Positions 37,681 to 52,629 of a stretch of 64,000 nucleotides of DNA are shown in pieces. A program made the position numbers and the translations under genes. The DNA comes from the human T2T-CHM13v2.0 reference genome, Homo sapiens. The notes under the pieces were generated by a model. It was given only the letters and a program-made list of their open reading frames with translations, was not told where the DNA came from and made no database searches. Each line of letters starts with the position of its first letter. Within the stretch, counting starts at the first letter, position 1. Location of the stretch: the NCBI RefSeq assembly GCF_009914755.1, contig NC_060931.1; one strand, written 5' to 3'.

Positions 37681-38016
37681 AAAACAGAAGGTCAGATATT
37701 TATTTGGCTTCATTAAAAGAGGATCTTTTCATCCAAGGCTGATGAACCAAGACCTCTTGAGGGCCAAATAACCAAGAATTTTGCTGAATTCCTTTAATTA
37801 ACACTTCCTTTAATTAACAATTTATGTTACTTCATTTATCATATATGCATCCACTCATGGCAGAAGCAATTTTCATATTTTATTATGCAAAGAAGTATGT
37901 GTAAGTGAATGTGTGTGCACCACACATGTGTGTGGGCAGCCAACAGTAGACTTCAGGATCTATTTTTGGTCTCCCCTCAACGATATCCTTACCTCATTGA
38001 AAAAATGTTTCTTCTC

Positions 38017-40220
38017 AGCATTCCCCTTGAAAACCAGAACAAGACAAGGATGCCCTCTCTCAGTACTCCTATTCAACATAATATTGGAAGTCCTAGCTTT
38101 GAGCCATGAGGCAAGAAAAGAAAGAAAAGGCACCCAAATAGGAAGAGAGGAAGTCAAACTATCCCTGTTTGCAGATAATAATACTCTATACCCAGAAAGC
38201 CCCATCATCTCTTCCCAAAGCTTCTTGATCTGATAAACAACTTCAGCAAAGTCTTAAAATATAAAATCAATTATAAAAAAATCAGCATTTATATACACCA
38301 ACAACAACCAAGCTGAAAGCCAAATCAAGAATGCAATCCCATTCACAATAGCCACAAAAGGAATAAAACACTTAGGAATACAGCTATCCAGGAAGGTGCA
38401 AAATTTCTACAGTGAGAATTACAAAACACTGCTCAGTGAAATCAGAGATGACACAGATGGAAAAATATTCCATGCTCATGGATAGGAAGAATCAATATTG
38501 TTGAAATGTCCATACTGCCCAAAGCAATCACAGGTTCAATGCTATTCCTATAAAACTACCAATGACATTCGTTACAGAAGTAGAAAGATCTATTTTAAAA
38601 TTTCATATAGAACCAAAAAAAGAGCCTAAATAGCCAACGTAGTCCTAAGCAAAACGAACAAAGCAGTAGGTATCACATGACCTGACTTCAAACTATACTA
38701 CAAGGCTACAGTAACCAAAACAGCATATTGGTGTTATTAATTACCAGTAAAACGTAATTATTAATAATGGCCTATCATGAAAAGAAGCTTCAATTTACTT
38801 CTTAGGGCTAGATTTCTCTGTGGGCCTATATGCACATAAGGCAAAAGCATGGAACGGGTACAAAAACAGACACGTAGACCAGTGGAGCAGAATAGAGAGC
38901 CCAGAAATAATGCCACACACCTACAACCATGTGATCTTCAACAAAGTCGACAAAAACAAGTAATGGAGAAAGGACTCCATATTCAATAAATGGTGCTGGG
39001 ATAACTGCTAGGCATATGCAGAAGACTGAAACTGGACTCTTTCCTTACACCATACAAAAATATCAACTCAAGATGAATTAAAGACTTAAATGAAAAAACT
39101 AAAACTATGAAAACATTGAAAGATAACCTGGGACAAACCATTCTGGACTAGGACCTAACAAAGATTTCATGACGAAAATGCCAAAAGCAATTTAACAAAA
39201 GCAAAAATTGGCAAATGGGACCAAAGTAAACTAAAGAGCTTCTGTACAGCAAAAGAAACTATCAACAGAGAAAAAAGACAACTTACAGAATGGGAGAAAA
39301 TATTTGCAAACTATGTATCTGGCAAGGGTCTAATATCCAGAATCTATAAGTAACTTAAATTTACAAGCAAAAAACAAACCACTTGATTAAAAAACAGGCC
39401 AAAACCATAAACAGACACTATTCAAAAGAAGACATGGCCAAGAAGCATATGAAAAGAATGCTCAACATCACTAATCATTAGAGAAATGAAATCAAAACTA
39501 CAGTAAGATATATCTCACACTAGTCAGAATGGCTATTAAAAAGTCAAAAAATGACATGCTGGTGAGGCTGCAGAAAAAAGGAATGTGTATATACTGCTGG
39601 TGGGAATGTAAATTAGTCAGCCTTTGGGAACAGCAGTTTGGTGAGTTCTCAAAGAACTTAAAAAGGAATTACCATTTGACCCAACAATCCCATTATTGGG
39701 AATATATCCAAAGGAATGTAAATCATTCTACCATAAAGACACATGCACACATGTGCTCATCATAGCACTATTCATAATAGCAAAGATATGGAATCAACCT
39801 AAACACCCACCAGTGGTAGAGTGGATAAGGAAAATGCGGTACATATGCACCATAGCATACTACACAGCCATAAAAAGAAATGAGATCATGTCCTCTGCAG
39901 CAACATGGATGCAGATGGAGGTCATTATCCTAAGTGAACTAACACAGGAACAGAAAAACAAATACTGCATGTTCTCACCTAGAGTAGAAGCTAAATATTG
40001 AGTACATATAGACACAAAGAAGGGAACAACAGACACCAACGCCTACTTGCGGGTAGGTGGAGGGTGGGAAGAGGGTGAGGATAAAAAAACTGCCTATCAG
40101 CTACTATGCTTATTTCCTAAGTGACAAAATAATCTGTACACCAAACCCCCCGGCATGTAATTTACCTAAATAACAAACCTGCACCTGTACCCCTGAACCT
40201 AAAATAAATGTTAAAAAAAA
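38017..40220 (+). mobile_element. 5'-truncated older primate L1 (L1PA15/16-like), ORF2 3' part plus 3' UTR, degenerate
   Basis: ORF fragments AFPLKTRTRQGCPLS.LLFNIILEVLA and IWNQPK...WIRKM; 3' end cccctgaacctaaaataaa followed by poly(A). Confidence 0.92.
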
Positions 40221-40289
40221 GCATTATTAAACAAACAAAACAATTTTCTTCTCTTTACTTTAATAACGTGGTTTAAATGGGGGGTGGCA

Positions 40290-40775
40290 AGCCTTTTTAT
40301 AGGCCAAATTCCACTGACTAGACCAGGGATGGACATCTTTACCCAAGTTGAATTAATCATAATGCACTGTGGTTGGCTAATTCAGTGAACGGCACCTGAT
40401 CAAAGCTGGGTGAATCAGAGCCCTTCCTTAGGATTTCTGAACCTGGAGCTAGAGTGAAAAAGTCTCCTTCCTTCTCTGTTGGCTAAAGCATTAGGGGCAG
40501 ACAATCTTGCCATTTAAATTTCTTGTGGTGTAAGGAACATTGGTCTGAGAGAACAAAGGTGGCCTACAAAGAAAAACAGGGGGGAGAGAGCAGAGAGAGA
40601 AAAAGAGGGAGACAGAGAGAGAGAGACGGAGAGACTGAGAGACCTAGTAGCACTAAAGTTTCTGGATCCAGTTGCTTTTCCTATGGTCACATGGGATTTC
40701 TAATTAACTCCTCTGCTTGCCTCAATGAATCAAGAGGAATTTCTGTTTTGTGGAATCCGGATAGCACAGACACAG
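40290..40775 (+). mobile_element. Old ERVL-class LTR (LTR33-like)
   Basis: aagctgggtgaatcagagcccttccttaggatttctgaacctggagc...ctggatccagttg. Confidence 0.55.
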
Positions 40776-41444
40776 GCTGCTTACTTTTGCCTGCTTAGCA
40801 ATTCATATGGAAGGATCTAAGAAGTTTCATGATAAAGGTTTCTTTTTAACTTTGATTACTCCAGTGTTTCCAAAATTTATTTTAGAAACACAGAACCCTT
40901 TCCATTTATCAGATACCACCTATTACATGCCATAACATTTGTTTGGGAAATCCCTATTTTACAGAAGAGGAAATCGAGACCCAGATACTCATCTGACAAA
41001 TAAATATCAGATCCAGACTCAGGTGTATTTGGTTGTATAATCCATGCTCTTTAAACCATGGGACACAGGGTCACAAATCTACCACCATTGACCACGTGAC
41101 TGACAGTATTCTGAGATGTGCACAAAATGTTTAGATACCATCTCAAGAACCCCTGGTCAACAATGTTGATCTTATCAGTTTCAAAGTAGGCATAGGGAAA
41201 CTTCAAGCCACATAGCCTGAACAGAGCTTCTATTATCAGAAATCTTGCTAAGTTTCTTTAGCTCAGGCTTCTCAACGCAGTAGAAAGAAATTAGCCCATC
41301 AAATTCCCTCAAGTGCACTGTGGTCAGTGGATTCCCTGTTTTTAGGGGAAAAGTATGCAGAGAGGGTATCTGTTTATTGTGCACCTTGGAGATGATGCCT
41401 CTATTTCCTTCATTATCATATCATCATCTTCATCATCATTACTT

Positions 41445-42476
41445 TTAAGCAGCTTTGTTGAGCTACAATTTAATTTCAGATGTGCAATTCTATGAATTTT
41501 TGAACAAACGTATATAGTTATGCAACTATGACCACAATCATGATATAAGACATTCTATATTCCTAAAAGTTCCCGTTGTAGTCAATTCCTTCCCTCAAGT
41601 CCCAGCTCCTGCCAACTACTAATCTGACTTCTGTCACTATAGATTATATTTGTCTTTCTACAGTTTCATATAAATAGAATTATGCCAAGTAGTCTATAGT
41701 CTTTTTTTGTGGCTGGATTCTTTCACTCAGCACAATCCTTTCTGAGATAAGTGTTGTTGCATGTATTAGTAGTGTGTTCTTTTTTATTTCTCAAGTAGTA
41801 TTTAATTGTATGAATATACTGTTACTTGTACATCAATTTTTTGGCTCTTTTGTTTATTGTTTCCAATTTTTGGTGATTTTGAGTAAAGCTGTTATAAATA
41901 TTTGAGCAAAAGTCTTTGTGTAAACACATTTTTCATTTCTCTTTGGTAAATGTCTAAGGGCAGGATTGCTAAATCATACAGTAAGTGTGTGCTTAACTTT
42001 ATAAGACATTGCCAAACCATTTTCCAAAGTAACTGCATCATTTTGTATTCCTACCAGCAATGAATACAAGTTCTATTTGCTCCACATCCTCATTAACATT
42101 TGGCATTTTCGGTCTTTTAAATTCAAGCCATTATAGTCATAATTATTGTGATTTTAATTTGCATTTCTCTAATGACTAATGATATTGAACTTCTTTTCAT
42201 ATCTTATTTGCCACATATATTTTTAGTAATGTGTCTATTCAAATCTTTCACCTATTTTAAAAATGGGTTTATCTTTTTATTACTGAATTTTAAGAGTTCT
42301 TTATATGTTCTAAATACAAATTCATTATCAGACTAAATTTGAAAACATTTTCTTTAAGTCTGAACTTGCCTTTCATTTTCTTAATAGTGCCTTTTGAAAT
42401 AAAAACGTTTTAAATTTTGATGAAGTCTGATTTACCAAGTTTTCTTTTATGGTTGTGTGTGTGTGTTTTAATGCCT

Positions 42477-42521
<45 letters not shown>

Positions 42522-45115
42522 AATGCCTGAACAAACCTTCCCCTAATCTAAGGTCTAAAAGACTGTTTTCCTGCACTTTTTCTTCTAGAAATGTAGTATT
42601 TTTAGCTATTACATTTAGACTTGAGATCTGATTCAAGTTCACATTTACACATGGTGTGGGACAAAGATGTAGGCTCATTTTGTTTTTCCTCAATACGGAT
42701 ACCCAATAGTCCAAGCACCACTTCTTGAAAAACCGCCTTAACTTGGCTCTTTTGTGTAGGTCTATTTCTGGACTTTCTATTATTCTGATCTATATGTCTG
42801 TCCTTATGCCAATACCACACTGTCTCGATTACTGTCACTTTACAGTAAGTCTTGAAATCATGTAGTATAAATCTTACTCTTTTGTTCTTGTTTGAAATTG
42901 TTTTGCCCATTCCAGGTACATCACATTTCTATACAAATCTTAGGGTCAGCTTGTCAATTTCTACAAAAAAGCCTTTGGGGGGTTATTAGGACTGCATTGA
43001 ATCTACAGATTTATTGGAAACAATTGACATCTTAATATCTTCTGACCCAGGAATGCATTCTCTCTCTCCATTTATTGGATTTTTAAATTGTCTTGGCATT
43101 TTTTGGGTAGATTTTGGTGCACAGGTCTTGCATATATTTTGTTAAATTTATTGTTAAACATTTCATATTTTGATGCTATTATAATTTCTAAAAAATTCAA
43201 TTGCTAATTGTTCATTACTAGAAATATAATTAATTTTTATAACTTCAGCTTGTATACTGTGACCTTGCAAAATTCAACGATTAGCTTTAAAAGTTCTTTT
43301 GGAGATTCCTTAGAATTTTCCATAAAAATTCATGTGGATACATCTATGTACACATGCTGTCCAAGAATGAAGACAGCTTTACTTCTGTTTTAATTTATAT
43401 GTCTTTTATTTTTCTTGCCTTATTATATTGGCTATGTTAATGTTGAACAGAAGTTTATGTGAGAAAGCATATTTATTTTGTTCCTGATCTTAGGAGGAAA
43501 CATCAATTCACATATTTAAAGTGTACAATTAAATCATTTTCAGTATATTCCCAGAGCTGTGTAATCATCACCAAATCAATTTTGGCACATTTTTATCAAT
43601 CCAAAAAGAAACCCCATCATCATTTCCTTTTGCTAATATTTTGATAATAATTTTTCTTGTCTATGTTCATGAAGGACATTAGCTTGTAGTTTGCTTTTCT
43701 TATAATATCTTTTTCTGGTTTTGCTATTAGGGTAACTCTGCCCTCATAAAATGAACTGGGAAGTGTTCACTCCTCTTTCATTTTTTTGGAAGAGTTTATG
43801 TAAAGTTGATATTATTTCCTTCCGTATATGTTTGGCACATTTTATGAGTGAAGCCATATAGAACTGAGGTTTCCTTTGTAGAAAGATTTTTAACTACAAA
43901 TATGATTTATTCATAGATATAGGGCTACCATGTTATTTATTTCTATTTGAGTGAATTTTGGTAGCTTGTCTTTAAAGGGATTTGTCCATTTCACTGAGTT
44001 ATCAAATTTGTTGGCTTAAAGTTGTTCATAATATTTATTATTCTTTTAGTGCCTGTACTGTCTATAGTAATGTCCTCCTTAATTCTAAGTATTAATGATT
44101 TATGTCTTCTTTCTTTTGTTTCTGACCAATCTGACTATAGGTTATCAATGTTATTGATCTTTTCAAAAGGCCAGCTTTTGATTTCTCTGTTTTCTGTTTA
44201 TGGTTTCATTTGCCCCTGCTCTTAATTACTGTCTTCTGTGTACTTAGGTTTAATTTGTTCTTTTTTCCTAGTTTCTTAAGATAAAAATTTATATTATTGA
44301 GAACTTCCTTATTTTCTAATAATTAATGGTTTTAATTTCCCTCTAAACATTGCTTTAGCTGTATCCCACACATTTTGATATGTTGTGTTCTGATTTCAAT
44401 TATTTCAAAATATATTCTGATTTCCCTCGTGACATCTTCTTTAATCCACAAGTTATTTGGATAAATATTGTTGAATTTCCAATTATTCAGGGGATATTAC
44501 AGATATATATTTGTTACTGATTTCTAGTTTAATTCTGTCATAACTAGATTACTTTGCATAATTTTGATTTTTAAAAATTTATTCAGACCTGTTTTATAAA
44601 CCTAAACACAGTCTATCTTGGTGAATGTTTCATGTGCACTTGAAAAGAACATATACTGTGATGTTGAATGGAACATTCTGTAAATGTCAATGAAGTCAAG
44701 GTAGCTGACAGTCTTCTATATCCTTATTGATTTCTGTCTATTTCTTCCATTAATTACTGAAAGATGAGTGTTGAAATCTTCAACTATTATTGTAGACTTG
44801 TCTATTTTTCCTTTAAGTTCTTATTCTATTTTTATATTCTATTATCAGTTGTAGACAACATTGGGATTGTTATATCCTTTTTATAAACTGACCCTATTAT
44901 CATCAATAAATATCCTTATTTCTGGTAATAGTCCTTGTGCTGAAGTATGTTTTTGTCTGATATGAATAAAGCCACTTCAGATTTCTTTTGATTAGAATTT
45001 GCAGGCTATATATTAATCTATCCTTTTGTTTTGAATAAATCTGTTTCTTTACATTTAAGGTGTGTGCTATGGACAGCATAGAGCTAGATCTTGCTTTTGA
45101 AAAAATCCAATCTAT
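41445..45115 (-). mobile_element. Long degenerate L1M (L1MC/MD/ME class), with a nested L1M 3' fragment at about 43500-43620 and a (GT)n at about 42453-42518
   Basis: T-rich antisense L1 signature; ORF 42602..42910 reads DFKTYCKVTVIETVWYWHKDRHIDQ (ORF2p). Confidence 0.9.
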
Positions 45116-45659
45116 AACTCACTTTACTCCATTTATATCTATAGAGATGACTATGAGACTTACAAAATATAACAAGAATAAATAGGGTTAGTCTGGTGTT
45201 AGATTTAAAATAAACTCATTCTGCTTTGAAATAATCACATGTTTTTTCTAAGTTGCTTATAAACCATCTAGAAGTGATCAGTTCTAGATTTGGTTAAGAA
45301 CACAGTTTAATTTAGTACATTCAATTTTCAAGTTTTAAAATTCTCTTTTAAAAATAGGACAATATTTTCTTGTTACGCAATTTCTGGCACCTCTGATTTC
45401 TCAAATGTCACTGGCAGTATTACTGTGCTTGCATACATGAGTTCTTTCTGAGACATAATTCATCTTAGTCTGGTGACTAAATGTATTTAAATATAACTAG
45501 CACACATTTGCTCCTTTCATAGATTGAGCTTCAATTTTTCCCTAAAATCTTTCTATCATTTCCAGTTTAAATATCACTGACAACGGAGGTGAAAGTAAAA
45601 TAGGGGCTTAGTTGCTTTGCTTTCTTTGCTTTCCCTATTAAGATTTAATCATTTAAAAT

Positions 45660-46230
45660 GCATTTTCTGGCTCTGTTCACTGTAAAGGTCTACAAATAAC
45701 GGCTAACTTAGAAGCAATGAGGTCACGGCCTCTGACTATCATGTCCCCTCTCTAAGTAACCAGGGCTCCTTGACAAAACTGCTGATTCCAGGACTAGGGA
45801 AGGAAATACATAAGATGATTCTGAAATATTCGGTTGTACCAGAAAGCAAAGAAGGCTATTACTGGGGTCAAAAGGACTCAGGAGTCAACCTAAGAGACTC
45901 CCACTAGCCAAAAATGAGACATTGTGAGCATCAATGAAGTTAATATTGGCAACGATTAAAACACATCAAATATATCCAAATCTATGAGTTCATAATAATA
46001 CTTAAAAACAAGCAAATGAACAAATCAACAGAAAAACAAACAAACAAAACCCTCACTGGGCACCTGTAGAGAATGCTAATGAACCAATTCAATATTTTGA
46101 CAAAGAAAAAGAAACAAACATTTATCCTGCATATCCTATCAAACTGTCTGTGCTTCAGGACGACCGGATAATTGACAAGGGAGTTATTCATTGCTGAAGC
46201 ATTCCAACTAATAAATGAAGAAGGAATATA
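45660..46230 (+). mobile_element. Old L1M 3' region fragment
   Basis: ccagggctccttgacaaaactgctgattccaggactagggaaggaaatacataagatg. Confidence 0.65.
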
Positions 46231-46998
46231 ATCTGTTTCCAGTAGCAGGCCTGTCTTTCCAAGGTACTATTTCATGCTCACAACAGCCTTGTTGTTATTA
46301 AGATGTTTCATAAACCTCAGGCCATTCCAGGTTTTAATTTTCCTGACACCATTACTTACTTCTTAATTCCTTTCTTCCCTCTCTTCCTCCTCCCAAGCAA
46401 TATAATTGAACACCTATAGCTCTCGGTGCTGGAGATAAGCAGAGAATAAAGCAAAGTCTTTGCTTTCATGATGGTTATGTTGTAGTGGGTGAAACTGGAC
46501 AATAAATAACAAAAGTAAACATATTGTCTGTTGGTGAAAATAAAGCATTGTAAGAAAGATATGAGTGCAGGGTTTGGAGGGGTAGTAGAGGATTCTGTTT
46601 CATATGGAATAGTCTTGGAAAGACTTTCTGAGAAGGTGATATTGGAGCAGAGACCTGGAGGAAATGAGGAAGCAAACCATACCGATCTCAGGGGGAAGAA
46701 GACTCAGCAGAAAGAAGAGTGAGCACAAAGGCCCTGGGAATGGAGTATGCGTGGCTTGTTCTAGGAAATGTGGTCAGTCTCTTTAATTATGTATTTCTTT
46801 TCCCGTCTGTTTTACATGTTTTGTAAGTTCATCAACAAATAGAGAACATGATCTTTCCTCTTAATCTGACTTAATGGGTGATTGAAAAACTGACTTTTGA
46901 AAAGGTACCTATGACAATATAAATAGTTGTAGTAATAAGCAGCCACAGAAAACTCATTTATATATACATTTTTTCTGTATGCTTTTATAACGAACCTA

Positions 46999-47380
<382 letters not shown>

Positions 47381-50300
47381 AGAGAGAGAGACAAATGAGA
47401 CAATTCATACTCTTTAATGCAGGAAACACAAACACGTCCACTCTTGGCAGCATCATTCTACCATTGCGCTGAAGAGAATTACACCTGAATAGTAGGGGAA
47501 AGAAACCGAAGAATGAGTGAGAAAGACTTTAAACCAAGGCCAGAGAGAAATACACGTTCCACTGCTAAGAGAAAGAGAGGAATGGGTGGTTAAACAGGGC
47601 CTTGGAGACAAAAATTCCACCATCTGGAGGGCAAAAGAGAGAAAGGATCATCTCATGTGCTTGTCAGGTTCAGCACTTGAGGTAAGGAAAACGAGGTGGG
47701 GCTGAGTGAGAGGTTGAAAAGAATGTGGGGGATAAAGCGGGGAGGGGCACAGAGTGGGCTGGCCAAGCTGATGCTTAACCTTGCTCAAGGAGGGAGCAGG
47801 GTAGAGAGATTTCAGGGACAGGGAAGTTGAAGTCAATAAAGAAGCAAAAGGAGAGGAAAAAGAGGGAAGAATCTGTATGTTTAATGCTGTGGCTAAGACG
47901 GTTAATCATCAGTATTTTGCCAAAAACAAGGAAGATGTGGTTGTCATTTTACTTCATTTCCTCCTAAACATTCATTTTAAACTCCAACAATTCAGTGATA
48001 ATAAATAAGCAGTGACAACATTAGGTTTTCCAGCTACATCTCTGCTGAATTTATAGGAGTTTAAATTGAATCATCCAGATAATACTCCCTTCGCATGCAT
48101 GAAAACTGTTTAAGATAAGGGTTTTTTTCTTTATATCCACCTGAATAAACCACACATGCAGCTGACACAATTTCAACCGATTTATAAAAACATGGCATGC
48201 AACCTTCATTCAGATACTCATTTTCAGATAATAGTGGAAAAGCCACCAAATTTTTTCCCTACTTGCTCTTCAGAAGTTCAGGTTTATACATGTTCTGATA
48301 ACAAAACAAAAATCAAACGGGGATTATGGGTTCAAAAGCCACCTAGAAAAACAGAGCACACCAATGCCTCATGGTCATTTTCTAGGAATATATCAAATGT
48401 TGTACTGGATCAAAATCTCAAAATAATTATCTCAACGATGATTCAGGAGAATTGGGCACTCCTAGCATAATCCACTTTTCGGAGTTTCCAAGGAAGAGAG
48501 CTGCGATTCTCCTTTGTTTATCCCCCGCTCCTGCCTCGTCAGTCTTTGGTTCCATGGACGGCAAAGGGGAGAAAAAGGAAGTGAACACTTATGGAGGGCC
48601 TCCTGTTTTACAACTGTTTCATTCTGCAACTCCCCTCATTTTACAGAGGAGAAAGCTTAGGTACAAAGTACCGTTCCTAAAAGCAAACAGCCAGTGTGTA
48701 GAAATGCCAGGACTGGGGTTGGATGTTGTCTCCTCTTGTACGAAACACAAACTTTGCACCCAGGCCCTGCCTGCCTGCCTTAGTCCAGAGGTCTCCTTTC
48801 CCATGTTACCTTCCAGGCACCTTATCCTTCATGCATGCTGAGCTACAGCAGGCCAATCCCATCCACGTGCTTCTGTACTGCCTCTGCCTGGAAAGCCCTC
48901 TTCCTTTTGGTCCACATGGTTAATTCTCACTCATCTTTTAAGTTTCCGCTTAAGGGTTTGCTCCTCTGAGAACCTTTTCCTGTAATGCCCCTCAGCAGAG
49001 TTAGCAGCTTCCTCCTCTCTGCAGTCAGTGCACTTTGCAGACGCCCTTATGAGACAAAACCGTGGTAAGTGCCACCTGATCCTGTGTGTGCTCAGCTACC
49101 CTCCAGACTCTAAGCTGCACGAAGGGGGAAACCACAGCACTCAATTTTCTAAGGCTAAGGCTTTGTGCCTCGTGGGCAGCAGGCATGCACAACAATGAGT
49201 AAATGAAGAGACGATAGCAGAATGAGTGAACAAATCACTCCTCAGGCCTTGCTTTTCCCACTACATAGTACTGCTCTTCAACAGGGCACAACATGCTCTG
49301 TTTGCTGAATTACTGCTCAGGCTTTCTCAGATACCATCCCTCGTCCTTACCACCACCACCACCACTTACTGATTAGATGTCATACATACATGCACATATT
49401 CTCATTTGACTTTCACAATGTACCTACAACATAATTGTGGTACTGTATTTCTATTTCACAAAGAAGGAAAGCAGGTTTCGGAAACATTAAGCACTCAACT
49501 GGCAGGGGTGGAGCCAGGATGTGAAAGCCCCTGCTCATTTCACTAAACCACTTTACCTCCTCAATTACACCAAATCTCCGAACAGCGAGATTAACTTTAT
49601 ATTACCCAAAATGGAGTGTCAGCACTTCGTCTACTACTCTCTTTCCTTATCACTTTGTTAATTTATTACATGAAAATATTCTAATGCATACAAAATTTGA
49701 TTTTTGGCTTCTTATTTTAAAATACAAACTATTACCCACTATGTAATTACATCCGTTGATGTATGATCACAGAGAAAAAGGTCTTCTATTTTCGAGCCCA
49801 TGGCAAGTCAAATACAGTCAAAATTATTCACAATCGTGTAGTTTATAATATGTAGATACATTTCAGGTTAATTTGGTCAGTTTTTACATTGTTCCAACAT
49901 TCTTAATGTTTGCTCAGCTGGTGAATTTTTTTTTTCTGTTTTCTGTTTTTAACTTAAGGAAGCAATTCTGTCATCAGAAAACAGCTAACTGAGTTCACTT
50001 CCTCTTTCAGGTCATTAGTGGAAGCATTAGGTCACAAGACTGAGCCCAGGGCACCCTTTTATCAATTTCTCTCTAATCTGAGAAGCACATATTTCAGCAG
50101 AAATTCTTCAGTAAAGGTCTACAATATTTTTATCCCATTGGTATTTCCTTTATTTTTTATTACTTTTATTTTTATTAATCTTTCTTTTGATCTATGTGCT
50201 ATGTGAAAAGCTGAAGAATTTGCTTCTGTCTCTTGGCTGCCTAAGCTAAACCTACTTGTATTTTATAGTACAGTATAGTTTTATTATGCTTATTGATGGC

Positions 50301-51494
50301 CAGTCACTGTAAGTAAACACAACTCACATCCACAAATCAACCAATAAATTAACAGGTGAACTGAATTGCAGAAAGTAATTCTGTTAGGGAGATAGTATTT
50401 ATTCACTCTATAGTGGGTCCTGAATAGAGTGAATGGGGAAAAAGATCAGGTCCTTCCCTTTATGGATCCATTATGCTGTCACTGAATACCAAAGTGTGGT
50501 TGATATCGGTGTTCAGAAGCATCTCAAAAGACTGATGCATTAACAGCACTTTCAGCAGTTCCCAGACATCCAGGGTAAATGCAAACTCTGGAATGTGAGC
50601 ACAGGACCTTCATGATCTGGCCCTGGCCCACTTCTCTACCTCCATCTTTGGCTTCTTTCACATTCTTTTCTCTAGCAAAACTAAACTATCTACAATCTTC
50701 CAGCTCATCAAGCAGTTTCATCTTTGTAAGTTCCTTCCTTTTGTAAGTTCCCAGTGTTCATCCCCTTCCATGTTGTTCCCATTGGTGTCACGTTGTTTCT
50801 CCTTCACTGGCCCTTCAAAATTCAGCTTGTGCCATACCTTCTAGGAAGCACATATCTTGATTCCCAAAGTCTGATCTTAGATGCTCCACTTTCAGGCTCT
50901 GAAAGCAGTTCGTTATATACCTCTATTACCTCACAAGACACTTATCACATTGAATGGTCACTGTATTTTAATTGACTGTTTTCTACATTCCTCAGGGAGG
51001 GTATGGCAGAAACCATATCTTGATTTTGTTGCCCCAGTACTGATAGTAGGTGCTAAAAATGCTAGTCAAATAATTTTTAACCTGCTGCACAGAAATATAC
51101 ATCATCTTGTGCTTTGGGTCTGTAGCTTCTATTTTTATAGTCTGATGACTAACATTCTGTCACTTGGTGTGGTCTTTTTTTTTTTTTTTAAAAAAAGAAG
51201 ACATTGCTGCAGTAATTGTGTGCCAAGAAGGAAGCTTGTCCAGCTGCTTCAATTTCCCATTAGTCTAAATCTTTAAAACATTTTCTGTGTTAAGATTTTA
51301 TATATTGCTGTACCATTTATTTGCTCCTTCCTGCTGGAAATTACCTTATTCTAATTTGCTCTGCTCTGGAAAATGTGGATCCTGGGTTCTTTGTACACAC
51401 CTGATCCAGTAACGCTTGGTGTCAGTGATGGCTCCTTTTGTCATCATAGGCCTGACAGCATTTCAGCGTTTTAGCATGATGACCAGGTGCTCTT

Positions 51495-51900
51495 ATGGTG
51501 GAATCTGCTAGCTTTCCACCCAAATCCATCTGCCCTTCTATATTTTTCAGACTCCTCTGAAAATGGTTGTCGCTATGGACAAAGTTCTCTACAATGGAAT
51601 CTGAGCAGAAGTAAACTGCATCACTTCCAGGCTTGTCCATAAAACTCTTCCATACAGGCTCCTGTATGTGCTTTCTCTTTTTGGGATGACTGAGATGTCC
51701 ACATCCAGGCAACACTGAAAGGCAAGTTTTAAGGACTGCAAAGCTGTTGTCACCCGAGTCTCTAAATAACTTCTTAGAGGACAGCCACCCCACCAACCTG
51801 GACGCCTGGCTGGGAACACAAAAGAAAAACTTCTATTGATTTAAGTCATAGACTTGTGGGTGTCTCTGTCCCATAACCTAGCCTAGCCTATCCTACCCAG
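51495..51900 (+). mobile_element. Old ERVL/MaLR solo LTR (LTR16/MLT1-like)
   Basis: ccacccaaatccatctgcccttc...aaacttctattgatttaagtcatagacttgtggg...cctagcctagcctatcct. Confidence 0.55.
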
Positions 51901-52629
51901 TGTGGGGAAGGCTTTAAGAAGAGGCTAAATGACTTAGGATTCTAGCTATAATGTTGGAAGTGGGTTGAAGTCTAACAATCCCATAGACAACTGACAGTGA
52001 TCCAAAGATTTATTATTTCCATTACTAGTTTGACCATCAACAAGAATGTCATCAACAGCATCGGATGATTACTAAAGTGTTCAGAAATTCTCAAAATTCG
52101 TTTTCATACCATTTCACGCATTTGTAAAGAAATGTTGTATAACAACTATCGAACGGTTTTGCGGTGTTGCTAAATGTGGTGGGATGAATCTGAAAACTGC
52201 TAGAAAATTCTTCAGTGTTTTCTTTTAGCATAATTATTAGAACTAAGAAGTCCCAGATGACTCTCTGGTGAACTTCTGGTGCTCTTAGCCTTTTGTTCTA
52301 GTTCCCCAAACGAGTTTCCAAATACTAAATATACTTTCCTGAGGAAGGGAGAACTTTTTTTTTTTCCACATTTTTACAGAAAGAGTTCTCCGAATATTTA
52401 GGGCTGGGAGATATATGTATGAAATGGTAAAGAACTTAAAAAGTTGGATATGTAAACAACAGAGATACTCCTGATTATATGGTCCTTTTCTTTCTAAAGG
52501 GCTTCTAAGTAACCATGTTGCTAAAACTCACTTTATTCTATGCTTTTTTTCATGTAAGCTCTACGACTCTATTCCCCCGTTCCTCTTCTCAAACTCCTTA
52601 TTATCAGCTGCTTAGATTTTGTTGTTGTT

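Noticed and set aside
37913-40001. Reverse-transcriptase-like ORF fragments as an active element
   Set aside because: Old L1 with multiple stops and frameshifts and no 5' end.
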